A stretch of 64,000 nucleotides of DNA from Treponemataceae bacterium (GTDB lineage Bacteria; Spirochaetota; Spirochaetia; Treponematales; Rectinemataceae): assembly GCA_963678065.2 (NCBI GenBank), contig CAXXVZ010000002.1, positions 64,001 through 128,000 of the forward strand, in the 5' to 3' direction. Every line of letters begins with the position of its first letter. Within the stretch, counting starts at the first letter, position 1. Below the pieces are notes generated by a model, which did no database searches, had not been told where the DNA came from, and worked only from the letters and a program-made list of their open reading frames with translations. Below, in pieces: positions 49,271 through 59,020 of the stretch. The translations under genes were made by a program, and so were the position numbers.

Positions 49271-50497
49271 ATGACACACAATCTGCGCTACGGAAACCGG
49301 GAGATCGTGGTCGATCTTCCCGACAATCAGACCGATATGATTTCCGCAGAACCGACTATTCATCGCGACGAATCACTGCTCGTTCTGGACGCCATAAACA
49401 AATCCTCCCCCATGCTCCAGGATTTTCTGGGTCAGAGTACCTCGGTAGTCATCGTGGTATCGGACCACACCCGCAATACGGGCAGCCGTACCTATATCCC
49501 TATTCTTCTGGATCAGATCAGGAAAACGGGACGGAAAATCACGATTCTTATCGCGCTCGGCCTGCACAGGCCCTCTACGGAGAGCGAAATTGCAGAAATT
49601 CTCGGCTGCGAACCCGGAAACGGTGTGGTTATCAGAAACCACGATCCTGATGCATATCTCGCAGAATGCGGCGAAGGGACGTTCTGCAAAACGGCGGTGG
49701 ATGCCGAGAAAATAATCCTCACCGGCTCCGTGGCTTTCCATCCGATGGCGGGTTATTCGGGCGGATGGAAAAGTCTTCTCCCGGGGATCGCTTCCCGCAC
49801 AAGTGTGATCGAAAATCACAGGCTCTACTTTTCCGGCAATACCATGAATTCCGGAGTCGGACCCGCACGTTTGGAGAATAATCCCATTTCATGCGATATA
49901 CGGCGCAGGACCCAAGGGTTCGCGGAGAAAACCTGGTGCCTGAATGTCGTCCAGAACGAAGCGAAATCGATAGTGTTCGCGGCGGCAGGCATCGTTGACG
50001 ACGCATGGAGAGCCTGCGCCGGTTATCTCGAACGGCGCAATTCACCAATGATCACGCGATTGTATCCGGTCGTCGTGGCTTCATCGGGAGGGTTCCCGTC
50101 GGATTTCAGTTTTTATCAGTCAATGAAGACCCTCACGAATGCCTCGCGCGCGTGCATCAAAGGAGGCAGCATCTATCTGCTCATGGAGTGCCGGAACGGC
50201 TGGGAACTGGATGAAAGCATTCTGGCTTTGAGACATCTGAAGCTGGAGGAGATCGCGTCGCAGGTGAGAAAAGAATTCTCCATGAGCGGTCTTGCGATGT
50301 ACATGGCCCTGTCGGTGATCAGGGCGCACAAGGTTTTCTGCCTGTCTTCCCTGCCGGAACGCGAGGTTAGCGGATTCGGCATGAAATATCTCGCATCGGA
50401 AGCCGAGATCAGGACTCTCGTCGACGCGGAGAACGCGGACCGGATTGCGGTCATACCTGCAGCTGCCGCCGTACTCCCCTCGCTCTACATCTGCTGA
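49271..50497 (+). CDS. LarA-family nickel-pincer 2-hydroxyacid racemase/epimerase
   Basis: VSDHTR, ALGLHR, NHD, FHPMAGYSGGWKS..PG, GGFPSD..YQSMK. Confidence 0.88.
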   Translation: MTHNLRYGNREIVVDLPDNQTDMISAEPTIHRDESLLVLDAINKSSPMLQDFLGQSTSVVIVVSDHTRNTGSRTYIPILLDQIRKTGRKITILIALGLHRPSTESEIAEILGCEPGNGVVIRNHDPDAYLAECGEGTFCKTAVDAEKIILTGSVAFHPMAGYSGGWKSLLPGIASRTSVIENHRLYFSGNTMNSGVGPARLENNPISCDIRRRTQGFAEKTWCLNVVQNEAKSIVFAAAGIVDDAWRACAGYLERRNSPMITRLYPVVVASSGGFPSDFSFYQSMKTLTNASRACIKGGSIYLLMECRNGWELDESILALRHLKLEEIASQVRKEFSMSGLAMYMALSVIRAHKVFCLSSLPEREVSGFGMKYLASEAEIRTLVDAENADRIAVIPAAAAVLPSLYIC

Positions 50498-50513
50498 CGG
50501 AAAGGGGACAAAA

Positions 50514-51593
50514 ATGCTCCACGCGGGCGTCGAAACGTATCAACGGGGATTTTCACTATTCGAAATGAAAATCCTTCTCAGAACCAACCGCAGTGAATTG
50601 ATCGCGGACGATGAGTATTTCCTGGGTGAAGGGTCTCATCTCCATTCCCTGCTCTCCAATTTCAACCGACTTGATGAAATCCCTGTTCCCGAAAGACCTG
50701 ATGTAGTCCTATCCATCGCCGATGTTCCCGGTTCCCCCTTCACCTTTGCCCAGACAGGAAATGGAGGGTATTCGATCACGGGAACGATTGTGGACTACGA
50801 GCGTTCCTGCATGGACAAACGGTCCAGCATCTTCGGAAACATGGGCCTCTTTTCGAAGCTGTTGGTACGGGAGCTGGAAGTCAGGGGGATCTACTCCATA
50901 CACTCCACTTCATTCTTCGATCGGATGCGGAACAGACTCTACGTCGTGATGGGAGGGTCAGGATCCGGCAAGAGCACGGTTTTGCTCAAAGCGATCTCCC
51001 TGGGCGGCATCGAGGTGTTCGGAACAGAGCTCACGCATTTTTCGTTCGGGGAAGGCAGGACAAAGATGCTCAAGGGTTCGCTGTGGCAGAACTGCAGGAT
51101 GGGGAATCTCATGATCGATTTCCCCGAACTTCTGGATCGTTTCGGTCTGGACTCCCCAAAGGGCGACCCCTGGCACAGCTACAAATCGGTCCCGCTCTTC
51201 TCCATTCAGGTTCCGGAGAATGTCCTCGATTCCGCTTCGATCGTGTTGGTGATGCCCCGCATCGAGGGAGAACGGAGTACCTCGAGCATACGTCAGGTGC
51301 CTGTGAGCTCGGTGCGGAATGTTCTCTTCCAGAACCTGTCCGATAAAGTCACCCCTCCCAGCCTCCTGTGGGGTAAGCATTTCATCCCGAGCCTCGACAG
51401 CCCGGATCGACAGACGGCGCGGATGGCTGCGGCCGAAAAGTTCATCAGCGAAGCTCCCGTCATCGAGTGCTGGAACGTGCTGTCCTCACCACATGAATGT
51501 CTGAACGGTATATTCCCCGCGCGGACCGGAAACGGCGCAGAAACGGAAAATCGAAACGAGCACATGAACGTGCAGGAGGTACTACATGAGTGA
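50514..51593 (+). CDS. Hypothetical P-loop protein, HprK/PEPCK-like putative kinase
   Basis: IHSTSF...VMGGSGSGKST...FGTE mirrors the H..GxSGxGKS..DD layout of HprK; start uncertain (alternative near 50564). Confidence 0.6.
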   Translation: MLHAGVETYQRGFSLFEMKILLRTNRSELIADDEYFLGEGSHLHSLLSNFNRLDEIPVPERPDVVLSIADVPGSPFTFAQTGNGGYSITGTIVDYERSCMDKRSSIFGNMGLFSKLLVRELEVRGIYSIHSTSFFDRMRNRLYVVMGGSGSGKSTVLLKAISLGGIEVFGTELTHFSFGEGRTKMLKGSLWQNCRMGNLMIDFPELLDRFGLDSPKGDPWHSYKSVPLFSIQVPENVLDSASIVLVMPRIEGERSTSSIRQVPVSSVRNVLFQNLSDKVTPPSLLWGKHFIPSLDSPDRQTARMAAAEKFISEAPVIECWNVLSSPHECLNGIFPARTGNGAETENRNEHMNVQEVLHE

Positions 51594-52407
51594 TTCGATA
51601 AAGAGAGGTATGGACGGTGTATATCCATTCCCGGTTTCGGGAAGAGAGAATCCGCCTCGCAGCACTGGACTTACCATGGTCATCGACATGGGCAGCGGAT
51701 TGATTGCCACGAAAGACTTGTTGGATTTCGCGGGGTATTGCATCGACATTTTCAAGCTTTCATCGGGAACGATGGCGCTCTATCCAGACGCGATCCTGCG
51801 CGAAAAAGTGGACCTCATAAAATCGCGCGGAATCGAAGTGGAGGCCGGCGGCTCTCATTTCGAAGTGGCGAACTGGAAAGGCATGAGCACGAAGTACTTC
51901 AAAAAGCTCGTCGAGATCGGGGTGGATGTCGTGGAAATCGCCGATGGCCATCTTCCGCTGGCTGACAGTGTGCGGATCGACAGGATCAAAGAGGCGAAGG
52001 ATCTGGGACTCAAGGTCGCGACTGAGGTCGGAAAGAAAGAACCATCGAAAAACATCAAGGCGCCGACCATACTGGAGCAGTATCGCGACAACATTGAAGC
52101 CGGAAGCGATTACGTCATCATAGAAGGCAAGGCTTCGGGGATGGATGTCGGCATCTTTGACGAAAAAGGGAACATCAACGAACAGGAGTTGACAGAGATC
52201 ACTGGCGGAATCTCCGACATGGGCAGGGTCATCTGGGAAGCTCCGTTGCGACCTCAGCAGCAGGCACTCATTCTCCGGTTCGGCCCCAATGTCAATCTCG
52301 GGAACATTTTCCCTCAGGAAGTGTATCCTCTCGAGCTGCTGAGAAATGCGCTCATGCTTTCTCCCCTCATCAATGCCTATAACAGGGAACAGGGGGCGGC
52401 AAAATGA
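51586..52407 (+). CDS. comA: Phosphosulfolactate synthase (ComA) family protein
   Basis: PRSTGLTMVIDMG, VEIADG, TEVGKK, IIEG, IWEAP..QQ, FGPNVNLGNI, LELLR. Confidence 0.88.
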   Translation: MSDSIKRGMDGVYPFPVSGRENPPRSTGLTMVIDMGSGLIATKDLLDFAGYCIDIFKLSSGTMALYPDAILREKVDLIKSRGIEVEAGGSHFEVANWKGMSTKYFKKLVEIGVDVVEIADGHLPLADSVRIDRIKEAKDLGLKVATEVGKKEPSKNIKAPTILEQYRDNIEAGSDYVIIEGKASGMDVGIFDEKGNINEQELTEITGGISDMGRVIWEAPLRPQQQALILRFGPNVNLGNIFPQEVYPLELLRNALMLSPLINAYNREQGAAK

Positions 52408-53237
52408 GGTTGACGGTGCCTGAACTGGAAAGCAAAGCCCGAGGACTGCGGATCGATACGATAAAGATGATCGCGCAAGCTGGGGGAGGACATCTGGGCG
52501 GGTCTCTGAGCGCGATGGATATCATGACGGCCCTCTATTTCAATGTACTGAGAATCGATCCTGCAGATCCGGAGAAACACGACAGGGACAGGTTCATCCT
52601 CTCGGCGGGCCACAAGGCCGCGGGATACGTCCCCGTGCTTGCGGAGCGCGGGTATTTTCCGAAGAACCTTCTGCCCACGTTCAACAAACTCGAAAGCCGT
52701 TTCGGGATGCACCCCGACAAGAACAAGATCCCCGGCTGCGACGCATCGACAGGGAGCTTGGGACACGGTCTCCCCGTCGGATTGGGAATGGCCCTCGCCC
52801 TGAGACTGGACGGGCTCGATAGCAAGGTGTTTGTCCTGCTCGGCGACGGCGAATTGCATGAGGGAACCAATTGGGAGGCGGCTATGGGAGCAGCCCAGCA
52901 CAAAGCGTCCAATCTCATCGCCATCGTAGACTACAACAAGTGTTCGATGGACGGGCCGATCGACCAGGTTGTCTCTCTCGAGCCTCTGGTGGACAAGTGG
53001 AAATCTTTCGGCTGGGACACGATCCGCATTGACGGGAACGATATGGCACAGGTGTTGGGAGCCTTGCAGGATGCGGCGGGCCGCGGTAAACGCGGGATCG
53101 GAACTCCTGCAGTGATCATCGCCGACACGATAAAGGGAAAGGGAGCGGCGTTCGCCGAGGGCGATTACCGTTGGCATTACGGCTGCCCCAGCGACGAACA
53201 GCTGGCCGAGTCAATCAAGGCACTGGGAGGCATCTGA
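52404..53237 (+). CDS. Transketolase, N-terminal (TPP-binding) subunit
   Basis: GHLGGSLS, DRFILSAGH, MHP, GSLGHG, GDGE..EG, TIKGKG, WH. Confidence 0.95.
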   Translation: MRLTVPELESKARGLRIDTIKMIAQAGGGHLGGSLSAMDIMTALYFNVLRIDPADPEKHDRDRFILSAGHKAAGYVPVLAERGYFPKNLLPTFNKLESRFGMHPDKNKIPGCDASTGSLGHGLPVGLGMALALRLDGLDSKVFVLLGDGELHEGTNWEAAMGAAQHKASNLIAIVDYNKCSMDGPIDQVVSLEPLVDKWKSFGWDTIRIDGNDMAQVLGALQDAAGRGKRGIGTPAVIIADTIKGKGAAFAEGDYRWHYGCPSDEQLAESIKALGGI

Positions 53238-53238
53238 A

Positions 53239-54204
53239 ATGGCTGGATTAAGCATGGCTGATATAGAAAAAATGTCCGCCCGGGATGCGTTCGGTCTCGC
53301 ACTCTCGGAAATCGGAGCGGAGAACGACAAAATCGTCCTACTGGGAGCGGATGCGATCGGAAGTACGCGCGCGGCCGGATTCGCGAAACGCTTCCCCGAT
53401 CGTACCTTCAATTTCGGCATCGCGGAGCAGGAGATGATTTCCGCCGCCGCCGGCTTTGCGGCCTGCGGCAAGATACCCGTAGCGACCGCGTATGGATTTC
53501 TGATTTCCCTCAGGGCCTGCGAGCAGGTGAGGTCGGACATCTGCTACCCCAAGCTGAACGTGAAACTCATGTCGACTCACACGGGTCTGTCGATGTCGGA
53601 GGCAGGGACGACCCATCATTCCACCGAGGACATCGCAATCATGCGCAGCTTCGCGAACATGACGATTGTCGCTCCCTCTGATTCCCTTGAAACAGTGAAG
53701 GCCGTCAAGGCCGTCATCGATTATCCGGGGCCCGTATATCTCCGGATGGGCCGCGGAGAAACTGAATCCGTGTACCAGGAGGATTACGAGTTCGTCATCG
53801 GGAAAGCTGTCTCTCTGCGCGAAGGCCGGGATGTCACGATAATCGCGTGCGGCATTATGGTAGCGGAAGCCCTGAAGGCGGCGGCAACGCTCTCGTCCGA
53901 GGGAATCTCCGTGAGGGTCCTGAACATGCACACGATAAAGCCTCTTGACGTCGAGGCAGTCCTGCTCGCGGCGAAAGAAACGAAAGCCATCGTGACCGCC
54001 GAGGAGCATACGATAATCGGCGGATTGGGCGAGGCCGTCGCCGGGGTAGTCTGCGAAAATACGCCTGTGCCTGTCGTCAAGGTCGGATTGAATGACTGCT
54101 TCGGAATCATCGGACCGGAAGACGGCGTCAAACAGAAACTGGGGCTGAATGCGGAGGCGATATGCCGCTCCGTAAAAAAAGCGATCCTGCTCAAGGCTGT
54201 GTGA
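53239..54204 (+). CDS. Transketolase, C-terminal subunit
   Basis: FGIAEQ, RACEQVR, GTTHHSTED, TIKPLD, EEH..GGLG. Confidence 0.95.
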   Translation: MAGLSMADIEKMSARDAFGLALSEIGAENDKIVLLGADAIGSTRAAGFAKRFPDRTFNFGIAEQEMISAAAGFAACGKIPVATAYGFLISLRACEQVRSDICYPKLNVKLMSTHTGLSMSEAGTTHHSTEDIAIMRSFANMTIVAPSDSLETVKAVKAVIDYPGPVYLRMGRGETESVYQEDYEFVIGKAVSLREGRDVTIIACGIMVAEALKAAATLSSEGISVRVLNMHTIKPLDVEAVLLAAKETKAIVTAEEHTIIGGLGEAVAGVVCENTPVPVVKVGLNDCFGIIGPEDGVKQKLGLNAEAICRSVKKAILLKAV

Positions 54205-54219
54205 GCGAAGAGGTGCGGA

Positions 54220-56058
54220 ATGGTCGGCGGATATTGGCTGAAGGCGTTGAGGGTTGATCTTGATCGGGGCGAGGTGCGCGACGAAAACCTGGATGAGAAC
54301 CTGGCAAAAGCCTGCATAGGAGGGGCCGGATTCGCCTCATACTTCCTTCTTCGCGAGGTCGGCAGGGATGTGGATGCCCGGTCTCCGTCCAACCTGCTCG
54401 CATTCGCGACCGGTCCTTTCCAGGCGATGAAAATTCCCGGCGCTGCCAAGTTTTCCATTTGCACACGATCGCCGCTTACAGGAACATTTACAGACTCCGC
54501 CGCGGGGGGAGAATTCGGTTTTGCATTGAAACGAACGGGCTATGATCTCATCCTTGTTTCAGGCAGGAGCCGGGAACCGGTATACCTCCATGTGACCGAT
54601 GGTACGGCGGAAATCCTGCCAGCCGCAGATCTGTGGGGCAAGGATTCTGTCGAGACATCCGAGATCCTGTCGGGCAGACACGGTGGAGCTTCTGTCGCGG
54701 CGATAGGTGCCGCAGGAGAAAACGGCATCGCGATGTCGTGCGTGTATGTCGACAGGTACTCCGCCGCAGGAAGGGGGGGAACCGGATGCGTCATGGGATC
54801 CAAGCAATTGAAGGCAGTAGTGCTTTCCGGAAACCTGGATCCGCCGGTCTCCGATAAAACGAAAGTCGCGGCATACGAAAAGCGGTTCAGGAAATCGATC
54901 GCCGAGACGGCTGCAGGATTCCGTGAAGGGGGGACGGTAGGCGGCCTCGCTCCGGGCGAGGAATCCGGAAATCTGCCCTTGCGCAACTGGAGTCAGGTAG
55001 GATGGAAGGAAGGTGCCGCGAAGATCGGATACCCGGGATATTCCTCGTTGCACAACACCTTGCACCCCTGCAAATATTGCACGCTCTCGTGCCACAGGCG
55101 GTCGGATGTCTCTTTCCCTGACGGGTATTCGTACAAGGGTCCTGCGCCTGAATACGAAACCTTGGCGATGCTTGGCTCGTGCTGCCTTATCGACGATCTT
55201 GAATCGCTCGTGAAGGCGAACGATGCGTGCAATCGTGCGGGCCTTGATACTATGAGCGCTGGTGGCTGCGCGGCCTTCGCGATGGAGGCGCTGGAGAAAG
55301 GGCACACAAATGGGTTCTTCCCGTCCTATGAACTCTCATGGGGTAATGGCGCGGGCTTGCTCGAGTTCATAGGAGAACTGATCGGGCGCAGGGGATTCGG
55401 AGGACTGTTTTCGGATGGAATCGTCGTGGCCGCTTCAAAATTCCTTCCCGAGGCCTCCCGCTACGCGCATCACGTGAAAGGACAGGACATACCGGCGCAC
55501 GATCCCCGCGTCTACTATAACCTCGGCTTGTCCTATGCCACGGGAAACCGCGGCGCCTGTCACATGCGCGCATATTCACAGATTTCCACTATGGGGGCCC
55601 TGTTGCCCGAGGTCGGCATCGATGTCGCGCCGGCGCCCGACACCCTGGAAGGCGCCGCTTTTGTCGTCAAAACCTATCAGGATTTCACGGCATTCTACAA
55701 TTCCTGCGTGCTGTGCCAGTTCATGATATGGGGCGGTCTCAGCTTGGGCGACATGACGGATTGTCTGAACGCGGTTACCGGATGGCAGATGACTCCGCGC
55801 GATGTGATGGAGTGCGGCGAGAGGGTTTTCACCGTACAGAGGGAGCTGAACAATATCTGGGGCTTTTCCAGAAAAGACGACAAATTGCCCGAGCGGTTTT
55901 TCGCGGCTTCTTCATCGGGGCCCCGGGCGGGCAAAGCGCCTGATCGGGATCGCTTTGCCGCCGAGCTGGCAGAGTTGTATCGTCTCCGCGGCTGGGACGA
56001 GGACGGCATCGTCAGAAACGAGACACTTATACGGCTCGGGGTAGACAAATGGATATAG
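54220..56058 (+). CDS. Aldehyde:ferredoxin oxidoreductase family (W/Mo-pterin)
   Basis: SPLTG, IGAAGE, AAGRGG.G.VMGSK.LKA, CxxCxxxC, PEYET, HDPR, CQF, RGWD. Confidence 0.94.
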   Translation: MVGGYWLKALRVDLDRGEVRDENLDENLAKACIGGAGFASYFLLREVGRDVDARSPSNLLAFATGPFQAMKIPGAAKFSICTRSPLTGTFTDSAAGGEFGFALKRTGYDLILVSGRSREPVYLHVTDGTAEILPAADLWGKDSVETSEILSGRHGGASVAAIGAAGENGIAMSCVYVDRYSAAGRGGTGCVMGSKQLKAVVLSGNLDPPVSDKTKVAAYEKRFRKSIAETAAGFREGGTVGGLAPGEESGNLPLRNWSQVGWKEGAAKIGYPGYSSLHNTLHPCKYCTLSCHRRSDVSFPDGYSYKGPAPEYETLAMLGSCCLIDDLESLVKANDACNRAGLDTMSAGGCAAFAMEALEKGHTNGFFPSYELSWGNGAGLLEFIGELIGRRGFGGLFSDGIVVAASKFLPEASRYAHHVKGQDIPAHDPRVYYNLGLSYATGNRGACHMRAYSQISTMGALLPEVGIDVAPAPDTLEGAAFVVKTYQDFTAFYNSCVLCQFMIWGGLSLGDMTDCLNAVTGWQMTPRDVMECGERVFTVQRELNNIWGFSRKDDKLPERFFAASSSGPRAGKAPDRDRFAAELAELYRLRGWDEDGIVRNETLIRLGVDKWI

Positions 56059-56888
56059 GAGTTCATGTCTCGCTGTGGACTCCCGAATGGGCCAGCCCTT
56101 TCCTGGATGCGCTCGACGCGGCGGCGGATCTCGGATGCACCTGTGTGGAAATCCCGCTCATGGATCCTTTCAATTTCCCTCTGGAAGATATTGAACGCCG
56201 GCTCTCGAAGAATGACCTGAAAGTCTATTGCGGTACGGGGTTGGGCAAAGATACCGACATCGGAAGCGTTTCCGCTACGGTGAGGGAGCGAGGAGTCCGG
56301 CACCTGAGCGAATGTTTGCGAATCTGCGCCGATCTGGGAAGCGACTCCCTCGGAGGCGTCTTGCATTCTCCGTGGGGAATGAGGGGGCCGGTCGATTCCG
56401 GATATGCTCAGCGTGTGGCAGCATCGCTCGGATACGTGGCAGACAAGGCGGCCGAATCCGGAATCGGCATCGCGCTGGAGTGCATAAACCGATACGAGAA
56501 CTCCTTCGTGAACACTGTCGATCAGGGGCTGTCGCTGCTGCGGATCATCGGCCGAGAGAATGTTGGCCTGCATCTGGACACCTATCACATGAACATCGAG
56601 GAGCACGGGATCGTACCCGCAATAGCCGAGGCGGGAAAGACAATCCTGCGGATGCACTTGAGTGAGAACACCAGGGGGTATCCCGGAAGCGGCTCGCTTC
56701 CCTGGAAAGAAATTCTCGCCGCAGCCCAAAAGGCAGGGTACCGGGGACCATGGATCATAGAAAGCTATGTATGCCCGGATTTCCCGGCGTCCGCCGATGT
56801 GTGCGTGTGGAGACCGATCGAGCCCGATATGTCCGCGAGTCTGCGGAAATCACTGGAGTTTCTCGGAGGGCTTATTGCAGCAGACTGA
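56049..56888 (+). CDS. Ketose 3-epimerase (D-psicose/D-tagatose 3-epimerase family)
   Basis: VEIP, ECINRYE, HLDTYHMNIEE, HLSENTRGYPGSG, IES, VWR. Confidence 0.88.
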   Translation: MDIGVHVSLWTPEWASPFLDALDAAADLGCTCVEIPLMDPFNFPLEDIERRLSKNDLKVYCGTGLGKDTDIGSVSATVRERGVRHLSECLRICADLGSDSLGGVLHSPWGMRGPVDSGYAQRVAASLGYVADKAAESGIGIALECINRYENSFVNTVDQGLSLLRIIGRENVGLHLDTYHMNIEEHGIVPAIAEAGKTILRMHLSENTRGYPGSGSLPWKEILAAAQKAGYRGPWIIESYVCPDFPASADVCVWRPIEPDMSASLRKSLEFLGGLIAAD

Positions 56889-56923
56889 GAATCGCGGAAT
56901 AGATGTAGCAGATCAGGGGACCT

Positions 56924-57628
56924 TCAGGTCTGTGGCCGGGGGGTATTCCTGATCTGTTTTTTTTCCCGGAAGACCGACAAGATGTTTTCTTCGCTCAGCA
57001 GAATGTGCGAGCGGAACGCTTTCTCGTATTTTTCCTGTTCTCCTGAAGCGAGAGCTTCTATCAGCTCCCTGTGCATCATGGACATGTATGTGTCGGAGAA
57101 CTCGAAATAATGGATCATGCGGAAAAGAACGTGCATCTGTGACGCGATGTCCTTCCATGCCTTCACGAGACGCTGGTTGTCCGATTTCTGAATGATGAAC
57201 AGATGGAATTCAATGTCCAGATCCGATAATTCGGCGTAGTTGTATGATTTCTCCGACGCGACGATCTTGTCGAGAATCGAGTTGAGAGTGACAAAATCAT
57301 TTTCCGTCAAATTCCCGTGGGCAAGGCGGACTCCAAGCACTTCGAGGCTCGCCCGCAGTGTCACCAGCTCGTTGATATCCTTCTCTGTGAAATCGATGAC
57401 CGATATGCCCCGCCGCGCTTTGAACAGTATGAGTCCTTCCTGGGCCAGTTCCCGTATCGCTTCGCGCACAGGTGTCTTGCTGATGGCCATCTGGGTGGAT
57501 ATCGCCTGTTCGACCAGCTTGGTCCCAGGGGGAAGTTGGCCGTTTAAAATCGCTTCCCGAAGGTTGCTGTACGCGATTTTATACAGAGGCGAGTTCAGCG
57601 ATTCCTTTATCTTGAGTTCGTGATGCAT
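56924..57628 (-). CDS. GntR-family regulator (FCD domain)
   Basis: LPPGTKLVE, SKTPVREAI, RASLE, DIEFH, H..LIEAL; convergent on the operon end. Confidence 0.93.
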   Translation of the reverse strand: MHHELKIKESLNSPLYKIAYSNLREAILNGQLPPGTKLVEQAISTQMAISKTPVREAIRELAQEGLILFKARRGISVIDFTEKDINELVTLRASLEVLGVRLAHGNLTENDFVTLNSILDKIVASEKSYNYAELSDLDIEFHLFIIQKSDNQRLVKAWKDIASQMHVLFRMIHYFEFSDTYMSMMHRELIEALASGEQEKYEKAFRSHILLSEENILSVFREKKQIRNTPRPQT

Positions 57629-57745
57629 CGAGTAACTCCAGATAGACTCTTGGACAGCACTTGAATCAGTGTAAGGCGCGTACTACATAATCCATCGGTT
57701 CAGTGCCATATGTCAATTCCTCATAATCGGGTCATAGCCCATTGT

Positions 57746-59000
<1,255 letters not shown>

Positions 59001-59020
<20 letters not shown>

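Noticed and set aside
51586..52407. Coenzyme M biosynthesis
   Set aside because: No comB/C/DE nearby; context is import and catabolism.
45268..56888. Canonical sulfoquinovose sulfo-TK locus
   Set aside because: No GH31 sulfoquinovosidase or YihS-type isomerase recognised; downstream enzymes point to a C3 rather than C2 product.
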